Shown here piece after piece: positions 16,847-26,458 of a stretch of DNA of 64,000 bases. How positions within the stretch are numbered: the first letter of the stretch is position 1; each line of letters opens with the position of its first letter. A program made the position numbers and the translations under genes. Location: IMG/VR virus record IMGVR_UViG_2643221933_000001, positions 1 through 64,000 of that record; one strand, 5' to 3'. A model generated the notes under the pieces. The model did no database searches. It saw nothing but the letters and a program-made list of their open reading frames with translations, and had not been told where the DNA came from. The stretch is from a virus. Its lineage: Duplodnaviria > Caudoviricetes.

Positions 16847-18031
16847 TTAGCCCGCGAAGTTGAGGATCGAGCGGGTGTCGTTGAAGTTCAGCTTGAAGCC
16901 GGCGTTCGTCGTCTTCACGACGGTGACCGTCTGGTTGGCGATCGAACGTTCGGACTCTTCGATGTCCGAGCCGGCTTCGATCAGCTCTTCCATCGTGTCG
17001 CCACGCGAGAGACCGATCAGCATGCCATCCGGAACGGCGCTGGAGATGGCGAAGTTGGCAACACCCTGGAGCAGCGGAATGCCACCGAGCTGGAAGCCCT
17101 GGTTCGAAGCGATCTCGGCTTCCGTCTTGCCAGCGGCGACAACGGGGGCAGCGAACAGCTCGAGCCACTCGAGGTAGGCATCCCAGTTGCCGACGACGGT
17201 GTCGACGGGGGTGCCGGCCTTGGCGCGGTTGATCAGCCACTTGATGAGGGCGCGGCGGTTGATCTTACCGGACGTTGCGGCGCTGTTCAGGTCGCTCTGC
17301 TTGACGACCGGAGCCGCGGAGTTGACGCCATCGCCGTTGATGAGGATCGCCGTTGCGGCAGCAACCTTCGACATCGCGGTCTCGCGCAGCATGCGAACAT
17401 GGTACGGAGTCATGAGGTCGAGGCGGGCACGACGGCCGAACTCGTAAGAGTAGCGCAGACCACCGCCGTGCTTGAAGAACGCAACGCTGTTCTGGCTCGT
17501 CCGGATCGTGCGAACCGGGATGCGGCCCATTTCAGCGACGGCGCGAACGGTCTGGTAGTCCTCGGCCTTGTCGTCGACGACCGTGGAGATCATCTCCGTT
17601 CCGGAAATCGTGCGGGACTGGGACACCATCGGGGTCGTGGTTTCCAGCTGGTCCTGACGGTACTTCCAGCGAACCATGTCGTCGACGACTTCCGGGAAGA
17701 GTGCCCGTGTGCCGGCGTAGGTCTGGAAGGTGTCCGCAGCCGCATCGAGAACGACGCCCTGGGCGAAGTCATCGCGAACCGGCAGGTTCAGGTAGGACAG
17801 AGCGGCTTCGTAGCCGGTCAGGAAGCCCGAGGCGTCCTGATAGCGATCGGCATGCTCCGAAGCGCGGACGTCGACGGCGAGCGTGAGGAAGTCACGCAGG
17901 TTGAGGCCGAAGCTCTTGGCTTCGCGGATCAGCTTCGCTGCTTCATTCTTGCTCTCGGTTTCGTTCTCCGTGAGCAGGACGCCGAGCGTTTCCACGCCAC
18001 GACGAACAACACGGGTAAGGGACTCAGTCAT
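16847..18031 (-). CDS. Major capsid protein
   Basis: 394 aa; strong codon bias; VAEMGRIP, K.GG.L.YSYE and LINGDG typical of HK97-fold capsids; GGAG RBS. Confidence 0.88.
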   Translation of the reverse strand: MTESLTRVVRRGVETLGVLLTENETESKNEAAKLIREAKSFGLNLRDFLTLAVDVRASEHADRYQDASGFLTGYEAALSYLNLPVRDDFAQGVVLDAAADTFQTYAGTRALFPEVVDDMVRWKYRQDQLETTTPMVSQSRTISGTEMISTVVDDKAEDYQTVRAVAEMGRIPVRTIRTSQNSVAFFKHGGGLRYSYEFGRRARLDLMTPYHVRMLRETAMSKVAAATAILINGDGVNSAAPVVKQSDLNSAATSGKINRRALIKWLINRAKAGTPVDTVVGNWDAYLEWLELFAAPVVAAGKTEAEIASNQGFQLGGIPLLQGVANFAISSAVPDGMLIGLSRGDTMEELIEAGSDIEESERSIANQTVTVVKTTNAGFKLNFNDTRSILNFAG

Positions 18032-18066
18032 TCGTATTCTCCGTTAACTGGGGTGCGGCGGGCGCG

Positions 18067-18465
18067 TTAGATCAGGACGACGACGGCTTCAGAGCCGATG
18101 ATTTCGCCCACGAAGTTCTTGCTGGGGTCGGCCGCGGTGGCCTTCTTCACTTCACCGCCGCCGGCGCCGACGACCGTGTCGCCCACTGCGACGACCTGGC
18201 CGGCCTTGATCGGCAGGGTGTTTGCGAACTTCAGAGCAACGGCGCCGACGAGCTGGCCTTCGACCTTGCGGTCTTCGACAGTCGCGAGCCGGCCGACGAT
18301 GGTGTCGCCGTCGCCAGCGAGCTTGACCTTGTTCGGCGCGGACGTGTCGAGCGACACGGCCTTGCCGGCGTCAGCTGCGACGATGCCTGCGGCGAGCGTG
18401 AAGGTCAGGTGGAAGTCTTCGAAGTGGAAACCACGAAGACCGACTTTGGTGTGGAAGAGTGCCAT
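18067..18465 (-). CDS. Capsid decoration/cement protein
   Basis: 132 aa, Ala/Gly/Val-rich; between scaffold and capsid genes. Confidence 0.7.
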   Translation of the reverse strand: MALFHTKVGLRGFHFEDFHLTFTLAAGIVAADAGKAVSLDTSAPNKVKLAGDGDTIVGRLATVEDRKVEGQLVGAVALKFANTLPIKAGQVVAVGDTVVGAGGGEVKKATAADPSKNFVGEIIGSEAVVVLI

Positions 18466-18488
18466 GAGAAAATCTCCGTGGTGGTTGA

Positions 18489-19598
18489 TTAGCGAGCCGA
18501 CCGGAAGGCCGAGGCGCGAGGTGCGGATGCCGACTTGAGGTCGACCGGCGTGTCCTTGGACGTGCCGCCGGGGGTGATGACGAGGGAAGCCGAGTGCTCG
18601 GAGATGAGCGTTGTCAGGTCTGCGACGGTCGTCGGCAGTTCGACGTTGAGCTTGCCGACCTTCGTCAGAACGGTCTTGGCGGTTTCGCTGAGAGCAGCGA
18701 CGGCAGCATCCCGCTCGGCCGTGATGGCCGCAGCATCAGCCGCCTGTGCTGCTTCGAGGTCGACGCGAAGCTGGGCGATCGTGGCGTCACGCTCGGTAAC
18801 GCTTGCCTCGAGCGTGGTGACCTGAGCCTGTGCGGCGGTCAGACCGATCTGGGCGGTTGTGAGATCTGCCGTTTTCGACGTCAGATCTGCGACGAGAGCA
18901 GCGAGATCCATAGGTGTTTCCTTGGTTGCGGTAGCATTGAGGACGAGAGAGTTCGGATCGATGCCCGAAGCGGCGAGGCGCTCGTAGGCTTCTCCGAAGT
19001 GCGACTTGTCGCGGGTGACGATGCGAGCGTTCTGAGCGCCGCCCTGGCCCACCAGGGACATCTCGAAGAAGTTGGCGAGGCCACGCATCTGAGCGTAGAC
19101 ACCATCCTTGCCGAGCTGATTTCCCTCGTTGTCGATGCCCGACCAGCGGTTCTCGCTGTTGGCATCGGGGCCGAGATAGTCGAAGCCGGACTTGGAGTTG
19201 AGGAGCTGCTTGGGAACCACGCTGACGGAGACCTGATCCACAGTTCCGGCTTCGATCTTGGTTGCCTGGGCGTTGGCTGTCGGATCGAGGAAGAACAGAA
19301 CGCGGAGCTCGGACTCTACGCCGGTGTCCTTGACCTCGCCGTGGAACACACGGCCGATCGGCAGAGGCTCCTTGTCATGCTGGATCTGCACGGGGCGCGA
19401 CTCGCGCTTCAGCTCAGCTGCCATCTCGAGCAGGAGGTTGCGGTCGGCGCGGGCGCCCTTGTAGAGGAAGTGTTCCTTGCGGATGGGCAGCGTATTGAAG
19501 GCGATCGCCTCGTAAACACGCAGCGCGTCAATGTCGACGTCCCCGGCCGAAGCCAGGAGAAGGTCGCGAATGCGCTGGGTTTTTTCGATCTGCTTCAT
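18489..19598 (-). CDS. Prohead protease/scaffold protein
   Basis: H...PIGR, VSVS and EMSLV..G HK97-type protease motifs; coiled-coil C-terminus. Confidence 0.8.
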   Translation of the reverse strand: MKQIEKTQRIRDLLLASAGDVDIDALRVYEAIAFNTLPIRKEHFLYKGARADRNLLLEMAAELKRESRPVQIQHDKEPLPIGRVFHGEVKDTGVESELRVLFFLDPTANAQATKIEAGTVDQVSVSVVPKQLLNSKSGFDYLGPDANSENRWSGIDNEGNQLGKDGVYAQMRGLANFFEMSLVGQGGAQNARIVTRDKSHFGEAYERLAASGIDPNSLVLNATATKETPMDLAALVADLTSKTADLTTAQIGLTAAQAQVTTLEASVTERDATIAQLRVDLEAAQAADAAAITAERDAAVAALSETAKTVLTKVGKLNVELPTTVADLTTLISEHSASLVITPGGTSKDTPVDLKSASAPRASAFRSAR

Positions 19599-19628
19599 CT
19601 GTCAGAAATCCACTTCGGGTTGACTGAA

Positions 19629-19656
19629 AGATGGAAGTTTGGAGCACGATCTTCAA
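19629..19656 (-). promoter_or_regulatory. RpoH-like promoter of the head operon
   Basis: Minus strand TTGAA-N16-TCCATCT. Confidence 0.6.
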
Positions 19657-19712
19657 CTAAGCCATTGAATCACAATGCTGAACTTTGCAGCACAAAGGTG
19701 CGCGAGAACGAG

Positions 19713-19738
19713 AAAGGCCCGCACTGGGCGGGCCCTTT
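19713..19738 (-). terminator. Intrinsic terminator
   Basis: GGCCCGC/GCGGGCC stem flanked by A and T runs. Confidence 0.6.
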
Positions 19739-19760
19739 CAATGTGCTTTGACGGTCGGGG

Positions 19761-20000
19761 TTAGGCGAGTGCTTCTGTGTAGAGGCGCTTGGCTTCAGCC
19801 TTCGTGGTCGGGCTGTGATCCGGCGCCAGTGTGAAGCTGGTTGCCCAGCGACCGCCGCCCTCGATCTCGCGATCAGTCGTGATGAAGACGGTGACCTCGT
19901 CATCGTCTTCATCGTCAGTGTCGTTCAGGTTCCGCTGTGCGAAGAAGCTGAACCCATCTGCCCCCGCCAGCATCTCAATCTCATTCAAGAGCTTCTGCAT
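19761..20000 (-). CDS. Hypothetical acidic protein
   Basis: 79 aa; AAGGAG RBS. Confidence 0.65.
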   Translation of the reverse strand: MQKLLNEIEMLAGADGFSFFAQRNLNDTDDEDDDEVTVFITTDREIEGGGRWATSFTLAPDHSPTTKAEAKRLYTEALA

Positions 20001-20009
20001 GTAAACTCC

Positions 20010-21659
20010 TTAGAACGCCGGTGCGTCGAAGAGACGGTAGGCATAGGGGTTGGAAATGACGAACGTCGTGACAGCGTTGGCCGGCATCGAGACGTACAAA
20101 ATGAGTGCGGCGTAACCGACCGTTGTGGAACCCGGGAGGGTGGTTTCGACCTCGGTCTTAAAGTCGAGAGAGAGCGGTGCGACAGCCGGCCAGTTGCCTT
20201 GGGACAAGAGACCATAGCCGCCCCAGCAATCCTTGGTGCCGAGGTTCGTGTTCACCTGATTGGTGATGTAGAACCGGGAACCGCCGTTGTTCGCTTCGAT
20301 GTCGACGTGCATACCTGCCTCGAGGAGGTCGTTGACCGTCCAGTAGCTCGTAGGCGGGCTGTCGAATGCGATGCGAACGAGGGCAGGAGTAGCGCCATTG
20401 GTAAGCGTAAGCCGTGCCTTCTTGCCCGACTGCGTATCGCCCGCATCCTGGTCCATGAGGGCAATGGTCGAGCTCACTGCGCCGCCACTGGCCGAGATCG
20501 CCATGTTGGCTGGAACAGTGCCGCTGGTCACAGTCATGTTGGCCCCAGCGGAGCCGCCTGCTGCCGTGGTGAAGAAGTTGTTCTGGATGTTCTGGCGCGG
20601 GTTGTTCGGGCGCTGATCGGCCAGACCTGTGGCGCCAAGCGGGCGGGCGACATGCAGTCCCCTCATCCAGTCCGCCAGGCCGGCCATGGCCATGGTGTAG
20701 GCACCGAATGCCGAGAAGTGCGTGACGTCGCCAGGCAGCGTCATGTTCGGCTTGAACTGGATCTGAGTCGGGCTGGCCGTGGACAACCAAACAGCTTTGG
20801 TGAAGTCGAACAGGGTGACCGATTTCTCTTCCGCCCAGACGCGCTGACGGCCGTTGAAGCGGAGCAGGGCCTGAACGGCTGCGGCTGTGAGGTTGGTTGC
20901 ACCCGTCTCGGCAAACAGCACGACAACCTTGCCGTCATCCAAATCCTGCTGCCATTCCGCGGACAGGTTGGCGTAGGCGACCTGATCGACGTTGGTCAGA
21001 TCGACGTAGACGCCCTGGATCAAGTCCGTGTAGCCGACAGAAGCGATGGTTGTGGAGGCGACCGACTGCGCCACGCTCACACGGTACGTGCCCACGCCGC
21101 CTGTCGTGCCACTGATCTGCGACACGATCTTGGTGCCTGCCGTGATGCCGGTACCGGAAAGGATCGCGCCGACGTTTGCCAGGCCTGCGACAGCGGTGAC
21201 CGTCATAACATCGCCCGTGATGGAGCCTGTGAGCTGTGCGCCCTGCGCGTGTGCAAGGTCATTCACAAGGGGAAAGCCCCAGAGCGAGATGCCTGCGTTC
21301 GATGCACGGCGCTCTGCCTGGAAGGCCTTGATGTACTGGTCGCTGCGGTAACCGGAGAGGGCGAACAGACGGTTGATACGGGTGCGATGACCCGTCATGC
21401 AGTTGGCCCAATTGACGCAGTGCAGGTCGGAGAGACCGACGTGACGAACACCAATGCCCGCCGCGCTGACGCCCGCCATGGCTGTGCGGCTGTCGCCGTT
21501 CATGTCCATCTTCTTGCGGTTGCGGAACCGCTTGAAGGAGCCCAGCTTGGTGATCGCCCGAACGCCTTCCCCGAAGACGCGGTCCATCAGCGCCGCTTCA
21601 ACTTCGGCTTTCTCGTCGGAAGTCAGGGTGCTGAGGTATGTCGCGAGGTAGGTCATCAA
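20010..21659 (-). CDS. SGNH/GDSL-like hydrolase, probably virion-associated
   Basis: GDS, SG and DVTH blocks; Thr/Gly-rich insert (TGSITG.VMTVTAV...GGVGTY); beta-rich C-terminus. Confidence 0.6.
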   Translation of the reverse strand: MMTYLATYLSTLTSDEKAEVEAALMDRVFGEGVRAITKLGSFKRFRNRKKMDMNGDSRTAMAGVSAAGIGVRHVGLSDLHCVNWANCMTGHRTRINRLFALSGYRSDQYIKAFQAERRASNAGISLWGFPLVNDLAHAQGAQLTGSITGDVMTVTAVAGLANVGAILSGTGITAGTKIVSQISGTTGGVGTYRVSVAQSVASTTIASVGYTDLIQGVYVDLTNVDQVAYANLSAEWQQDLDDGKVVVLFAETGATNLTAAAVQALLRFNGRQRVWAEEKSVTLFDFTKAVWLSTASPTQIQFKPNMTLPGDVTHFSAFGAYTMAMAGLADWMRGLHVARPLGATGLADQRPNNPRQNIQNNFFTTAAGGSAGANMTVTSGTVPANMAISASGGAVSSTIALMDQDAGDTQSGKKARLTLTNGATPALVRIAFDSPPTSYWTVNDLLEAGMHVDIEANNGGSRFYITNQVNTNLGTKDCWGGYGLLSQGNWPAVAPLSLDFKTEVETTLPGSTTVGYAALILYVSMPANAVTTFVISNPYAYRLFDAPAF

Positions 21660-21822
21660 GCTTCCTTGGGCGTAAGATAGATGCCGTCCCTCGAAGTAAG
21701 GGTTTCCCCGGACTTCGAAGTGAGCACGTTAATGAGGCGCACGGCGGGTGCGATGAGGATGGAGCGTCCCAGCTCGGTGCGAACTCCATGCAACCCCTGG
21801 AATGGGTGACGGAGGCCGTCCA

Positions 21823-22170
21823 TTACGCCGCCGATACGATCGTGATCTTGTCACCCACAGCCGCCGGGAAGTCGCGCTTCTCAGATGCAAGGAGATGAGC
21901 GCGGGCACTGGCGGGAGCCGTGCTGACCGCCTTGGTTGCGTCGGGCGTCTTGCCTTTGGCGACGAAGATCGGACCCGCGGACTGTGCGCGTACCCGGAAT
22001 ACGAGGGTGCCGGCGACGGTGATATCTTTGAGGGTGGGTGCGCCCGCAGCTTCCTGGGTCGTGGTGCCGCCCAGGGCGATGGTCTCCGACCAGATCGGGT
22101 GGAAGAGCTCGGAGCCGCCAGCCTTGACCGCGATCCCCATCTCGACGTGAGCGCCTACAAATTCAGCCAT
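21823..22170 (-). CDS. Hypothetical (putative virion) protein
   Basis: 115 aa; GGAG RBS; RpoH-like promoter upstream. Confidence 0.65.
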   Translation of the reverse strand: MAEFVGAHVEMGIAVKAGGSELFHPIWSETIALGGTTTQEAAGAPTLKDITVAGTLVFRVRAQSAGPIFVAKGKTPDATKAVSTAPASARAHLLASEKRDFPAAVGDKITIVSAA

Positions 22171-22206
22171 GAGGGTCTCCGAACCTAACTTTCCTGTGTG
22201 AAAGAA

Positions 22207-22234
22207 AAATGGGCTTTCGGAGATAAGTCTTCAA
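22207..22234 (-). promoter_or_regulatory. RpoH-like promoter
   Basis: Minus strand TTGAA-N16-CCCATTT. Confidence 0.6.
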
Positions 22235-22297
22235 TTAAGAGATTGATTCAAAACGATGTTTTATGCATCATCGCAGCGCATTAGAAAGGGCACTGTT

Positions 22298-22615
22298 ATG
22301 CAATTGGAAGACGCAAAATTCATCTGGATGGCCAACGATGAGGAGCTGTTCGGCACAAATCCCAACCAAGGTCGCTTCCTTGTCGTTACGCGAGAGGAAG
22401 ATGACGAAAATCTACCCAATTCGTTTGGCTGCATCGAACACGATTGGAACGAGGCTGACCATGCAGGTCGGCTAGAACTGCTCGAGTCTCATCTGGCAGT
22501 TGTCATTCATCATGACCGCATCAGCAAGGAGGTCATTCTCAACGAACTGAAGAAGATTGACGACATCAATCCGCTTCAGGTCGACCTCGACAAGACTCCG
22601 GACGACGAAGACTAA
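22298..22615 (+). CDS. Hypothetical acidic protein (moron, opposite strand)
   Basis: Likely start MQLEDAK after AAAGGG; lower GC; stop overlaps the portal stop. Confidence 0.6.
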   Translation: MQLEDAKFIWMANDEELFGTNPNQGRFLVVTREEDDENLPNSFGCIEHDWNEADHAGRLELLESHLAVVIHHDRISKEVILNELKKIDDINPLQVDLDKTPDDED

Positions 22616-24084
22616 GCCGCCGGCTTCTGGACCTGCTTCGACTTCGCCATCTTTGATCCCTCGGGCGCAAGCGAGCGGCCGAGCGGGTCGGAGTTGGGGC
22701 TCACCTCATCAGCGCGTCCACCGGCCGGTGCGGGCGTCATGAAGCCGGTACCGCTCAGCTCCGGGGCGCCGTCCGGCGGCAGGCGGTTATACATCTGCAG
22801 ATGGTACTCGAGGTCTGTGATGAGGCCGTGGGAGAGGTCCGTCAGCAGCCGGCTCTGGCGCATGGTCAGCTGGGGTTCAAGCTCGAGATCCGGACGAAGC
22901 TCGCCCTTCACGAATGCCACCTCTGCGAAGCCCTGGTAGCCGTCCTGGTGCAGCATGAAGCTGAAGATGTTCGTGAGGATCGCGGCGACGGGGCCATTCA
23001 GCTCGTCGGCGTTCATGGACGCCAGACGTGCCTCGACCGAGCTCGTGTTCACGCCGGCCGTACCGCGGCCGATGACAGTCGCCATGGTCTTGAGGCCGGC
23101 CTGGTTCTGGGCGTTCAACGTTTCGATCACCTTCGAGATGTCGATCCCGGCGCCCGGGCTCTTCTCGTTCATGATCCCCGGTTCGACGGAGTCCATGTGG
23201 ACGAAGGCCGTGTCGGCGCGGATGTCCTGCACCGAGTTCCGGATCTCTCCGAGACGGGCGTTGATCCACTCCGTCTGCTTGGACTCGTCCAGCTTGATGC
23301 TGACCGGCATGTTCTTGCGCAGGACTTCTTCGACGACCGTCACTTCCAAGCGCGGGTAGCCGGTGTATTGCATGATCCGGTAGAGGTCGTTGATGACCTG
23401 CTGGCGGGCGGCGATTGTGTTGATTGTCGAAACAAACGGGCTGTTCGAATAGATCTTCGTCGGATTCTGGCGGTAGAAGCTGACGAAGAATGTCGGGATG
23501 TCGAGGTTGATCCCATCCGTCAGGCCGGACACCTTTTGCCGGGGCTTGTATTCCCCGGGCTTCTTCTCAAACCACTCGACCGAATTGAGGTCGACGTTGC
23601 GTAGATCGGCCGGCAGAAGCTTCTCGTCGAACACCAGCTCGACGCCGGCGCCGCCGCGCAGCAGCACCATGTAGCGGATCTCCTCGCACCACTGGTCGAG
23701 GTTCTGCTTCATCTGGAAGCCCTTGGTGTAATCCGTGGGCATCGTCATGAACTTGATGCGCTGCATCAGCGCCTTGGTCGCCTCGGCGTCGATCTGCCCG
23801 TCCATGTCCCGCACGAGGATGATCGGCATGGTGTTCGCCATCGTCAGCCAGGCATGGACTGCAGCCGATACGTCAGGGTCATGTTCGAACAGCTGCACCA
23901 TCAGGGTGCGGGCATCGTCGGCCTGGCGCGAGGAGAAGATGTCGGACAGGTGTTCCTGATACTGCGGCGCCGTCAGGACGTTCTGTGTCTGCTGCGGATT
24001 GTAGGTTCCCGTCGCGGAGACACCACCAGTCTTGGCCTTGGATTTCGGGCTGATGATGGAAAAGATAGCGCTGCCCAAGGCCAT
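22612..24084 (-). CDS. Portal protein
   Basis: 490 aa immediately downstream of TerL; DPDVSAAV motif. Confidence 0.85.
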   Translation of the reverse strand: MALGSAIFSIISPKSKAKTGGVSATGTYNPQQTQNVLTAPQYQEHLSDIFSSRQADDARTLMVQLFEHDPDVSAAVHAWLTMANTMPIILVRDMDGQIDAEATKALMQRIKFMTMPTDYTKGFQMKQNLDQWCEEIRYMVLLRGGAGVELVFDEKLLPADLRNVDLNSVEWFEKKPGEYKPRQKVSGLTDGINLDIPTFFVSFYRQNPTKIYSNSPFVSTINTIAARQQVINDLYRIMQYTGYPRLEVTVVEEVLRKNMPVSIKLDESKQTEWINARLGEIRNSVQDIRADTAFVHMDSVEPGIMNEKSPGAGIDISKVIETLNAQNQAGLKTMATVIGRGTAGVNTSSVEARLASMNADELNGPVAAILTNIFSFMLHQDGYQGFAEVAFVKGELRPDLELEPQLTMRQSRLLTDLSHGLITDLEYHLQMYNRLPPDGAPELSGTGFMTPAPAGGRADEVSPNSDPLGRSLAPEGSKMAKSKQVQKPAA

Positions 24085-24093
24085 GTGTGGTTC

Positions 24094-25857
24094 CTAAATT
24101 CGTCCAAGAGATATGGGCCGATTGGTGCGGCGGTTCACGCCCAGGCGTGATGCATTTCCCATCGGAATGATGATGTTTGACTGGTGGACGACACTCCGTG
24201 GATCATCCTGGCGGTAGTCGATCGTCGTGTGGACACGCGTGGCGAACAGCAGGTAGGCGAGCGAGTGGAAGAAGTGGTCGTTGCCGGTGAGCTTCTTCCA
24301 GCGGGCAGGCGTCTCTTCCTTGGTCTTCTCGTTGACCTCATGCTCCATCCGGACCATGTCCTGCAGGTGGTCGAGGATCAGGCGCTGCATGCGCCCGTAG
24401 CCCATGAGGGCGATCTTGCGCTTCCGGATCGCGGAGGCCACCATGTCGATCATGGTCGTGCGGTTGCCGCGGGCGTGGGAGAGCTGGTCGAGCTCGTCGT
24501 TCACCAGCGCGACGGACGGGGCGCCGGCCGTGCCTGCGTATTCGACCGGGATGATCCGGCCCTGCGACATGTCGCGGACCTCGTTGGCGAGCGGGGTATA
24601 GGGGTTGCGGTCCATCGCGCCGCCGATGACGTTGTACGTATCGAGGATCGTCGTGAGCTCGTCGATCAGGTTGTCAGCGGTGACCTGCCGGAAGTCGAAG
24701 ACCACCGGGTATTCCTGCCCCATATGTGCCAGGGTGATGTGGCAGGTGAGACCCACGTCGATCCCGATGAAGACCGGCTGGTGCGTGACTTCCAGCTTCC
24801 CCTCGCCCTTCATGACGGCAAGGATCTCCAGCTCGCTCAGGCGAGCGCTGGCATCGTTGTAGGCCTGGCCGAGCACTGTATTGTACCACCGGCGGATCGC
24901 GTCCTTCTGCTTGTACTTGATCAGCTGGTCCACGATGTACGCCGGGTTGGCGATGTGGTGGACGCAGAAGGGGGTTACGCGGTAGCCGCGAGTACGGCGC
25001 CCAGGGAAGCGAGGCACCCAGCTACGAAGAGCTGGATTGGAGGTGTCCAGAGCCGCTCCACAAGCCTCACATCGAATGTAGGAGGCTCCAAGGTCCAGCT
25101 TTTCAACAAGTTCAGAGTCGAGTTCGGACAGGTCATTGAGGTCTCCGGAAAGCCCCGGGATCGTCACGAACTTCGGCGTGAACTCGGGGATGTTGTAGTG
25201 GTTGCAGCACTCGCATTTCAGGACGTATTCGTGCTGATCGGAGGCCTGGAAACCGGCGTGGACGCCGTAGCCTTCGAAGGTCGGCGTCGAGAACGACTGC
25301 GTGATCTTGTAGCTCGAGCCCTGCAGGCGCGACTGGTAGAGGCCGAGCATCTCCTGATCGGCCAGGTCGATCTCGTCCTGGAAGAGCGCGTCGGCGTTGA
25401 TCGACGTCGCGTCGGACTCCTTGCCGCCGGTGAAGAAGCCGAACGACTGGTTGATCTGATACAGCCCGACCGAGCGCACAGGCTTGTCGGCGCCCATGTT
25501 GAACACGGGCTCGCCCGCGATCAACGGCCCGAAGCGGGTCTGCGAGACGCGCTTGAACATCACGTCGGTGGGCAGTGAGAAGATCGCGTTGACGCTGTTG
25601 TTGCGGGTGAGGAAGGCTGCGAACTTACGCAACTGAACCTCGGTCAGACCGATCTGCGAGCACTTGATCGTGAACAGATCGGGATGCATGTCATCGACGA
25701 TCTGCTTCTGGAACTCATAGCCTTTGAAGCTGAAGTGCCGCTTGCGCAGGTGTGTGTTCTTTTCCACCCATTCCGACATCGACATATTGATCGAGTCTTC
25801 CGCAAATCGCTGGCGCAGTTGAGAGCGGAAGTCCGACAGATAATCGTTGCGGTACAT
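24094..25857 (-). CDS. terL: Terminase large subunit (GpA-like)
   Basis: FQKQI, KCSQIGLTE Walker A variant, QDEID Walker B, STPT, CxxC pairs, GIDVG nuclease, NDHFFH; likely start MYRND. Confidence 0.92.
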   Translation of the reverse strand: MYRNDYLSDFRSQLRQRFAEDSINMSMSEWVEKNTHLRKRHFSFKGYEFQKQIVDDMHPDLFTIKCSQIGLTEVQLRKFAAFLTRNNSVNAIFSLPTDVMFKRVSQTRFGPLIAGEPVFNMGADKPVRSVGLYQINQSFGFFTGGKESDATSINADALFQDEIDLADQEMLGLYQSRLQGSSYKITQSFSTPTFEGYGVHAGFQASDQHEYVLKCECCNHYNIPEFTPKFVTIPGLSGDLNDLSELDSELVEKLDLGASYIRCEACGAALDTSNPALRSWVPRFPGRRTRGYRVTPFCVHHIANPAYIVDQLIKYKQKDAIRRWYNTVLGQAYNDASARLSELEILAVMKGEGKLEVTHQPVFIGIDVGLTCHITLAHMGQEYPVVFDFRQVTADNLIDELTTILDTYNVIGGAMDRNPYTPLANEVRDMSQGRIIPVEYAGTAGAPSVALVNDELDQLSHARGNRTTMIDMVASAIRKRKIALMGYGRMQRLILDHLQDMVRMEHEVNEKTKEETPARWKKLTGNDHFFHSLAYLLFATRVHTTIDYRQDDPRSVVHQSNIIIPMGNASRLGVNRRTNRPISLGRI

Positions 25858-25866
25858 TGAGAGTTT

Positions 25867-25894
25867 ATATGGTGACGAGCCGGGTGTTTTGCAA
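25867..25894 (-). promoter_or_regulatory. RpoH-like promoter of terL
   Basis: Minus strand TTGCA-N16-ACCATAT, ending about 10 nt before the ATG. Confidence 0.55.
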
Positions 25895-25905
25895 CTTGGC
25901 GCTCT

Positions 25906-25920
25906 AGACACACTGTACTC
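25906..25920. promoter_or_regulatory. 15-bp operator-like site (GAGTAC-N3-GTACTC family)
   Basis: AGACACACTGTACTC in the divergent terL intergenic region. Confidence 0.45.
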
Positions 25921-25987
25921 TGTTCAACTTGATGTGGGCAAAGTGGTCCTCATCTCATACATGAGAGTTCCCAGACACGGAGCAATC

Positions 25988-26458
25988 ATGCAGCCCAAAT
26001 ACTTTCCGAACATCACCGAGGATCAGATCCTCCTGATGAACCGCGTGACGCGGTCTATTGCCGAAAATCCCGAATATCTGAATGACCCGAAGTGCCCCTA
26101 TACGCAGACGGTGAAGGACTACTTCACCCAGCAGGTCGCACAGACCAGCGCGGTACCAGACCTTTTTGAAGGTGACGACGTCGTCGCGATCGAGCGTCAG
26201 ATCCAGAAACTCATCAACGATCTCGAGGTCTACGGGCAGAGCCTGGGTGCCGGCGATGCCAGTGAGAAGCTCCAGTATTTCAAGACGAAGAACTCGCTGA
26301 TCGAGAAGCTCCTCAGCAACATGGAGCGCGTCACCAATCTCAAGCTGATCAACGAGTTCCGGTCTGTGGTCATCCAGTTCATGGACGAGATCCTCACCCC
26401 CGATCAGATCACCATCTTCATGCAGCGCATCGACGGAGTCCTCATCAATGGTAAGTAA
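25988..26458 (+). CDS. Helical protein, candidate terminase small subunit
   Basis: GGAG RBS; ~156 aa coiled coil; divergent from terL; RpoH-like CTTGAT-N15-CTCATCT upstream. Confidence 0.5.
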   Translation: MQPKYFPNITEDQILLMNRVTRSIAENPEYLNDPKCPYTQTVKDYFTQQVAQTSAVPDLFEGDDVVAIERQIQKLINDLEVYGQSLGAGDASEKLQYFKTKNSLIEKLLSNMERVTNLKLINEFRSVVIQFMDEILTPDQITIFMQRIDGVLINGK

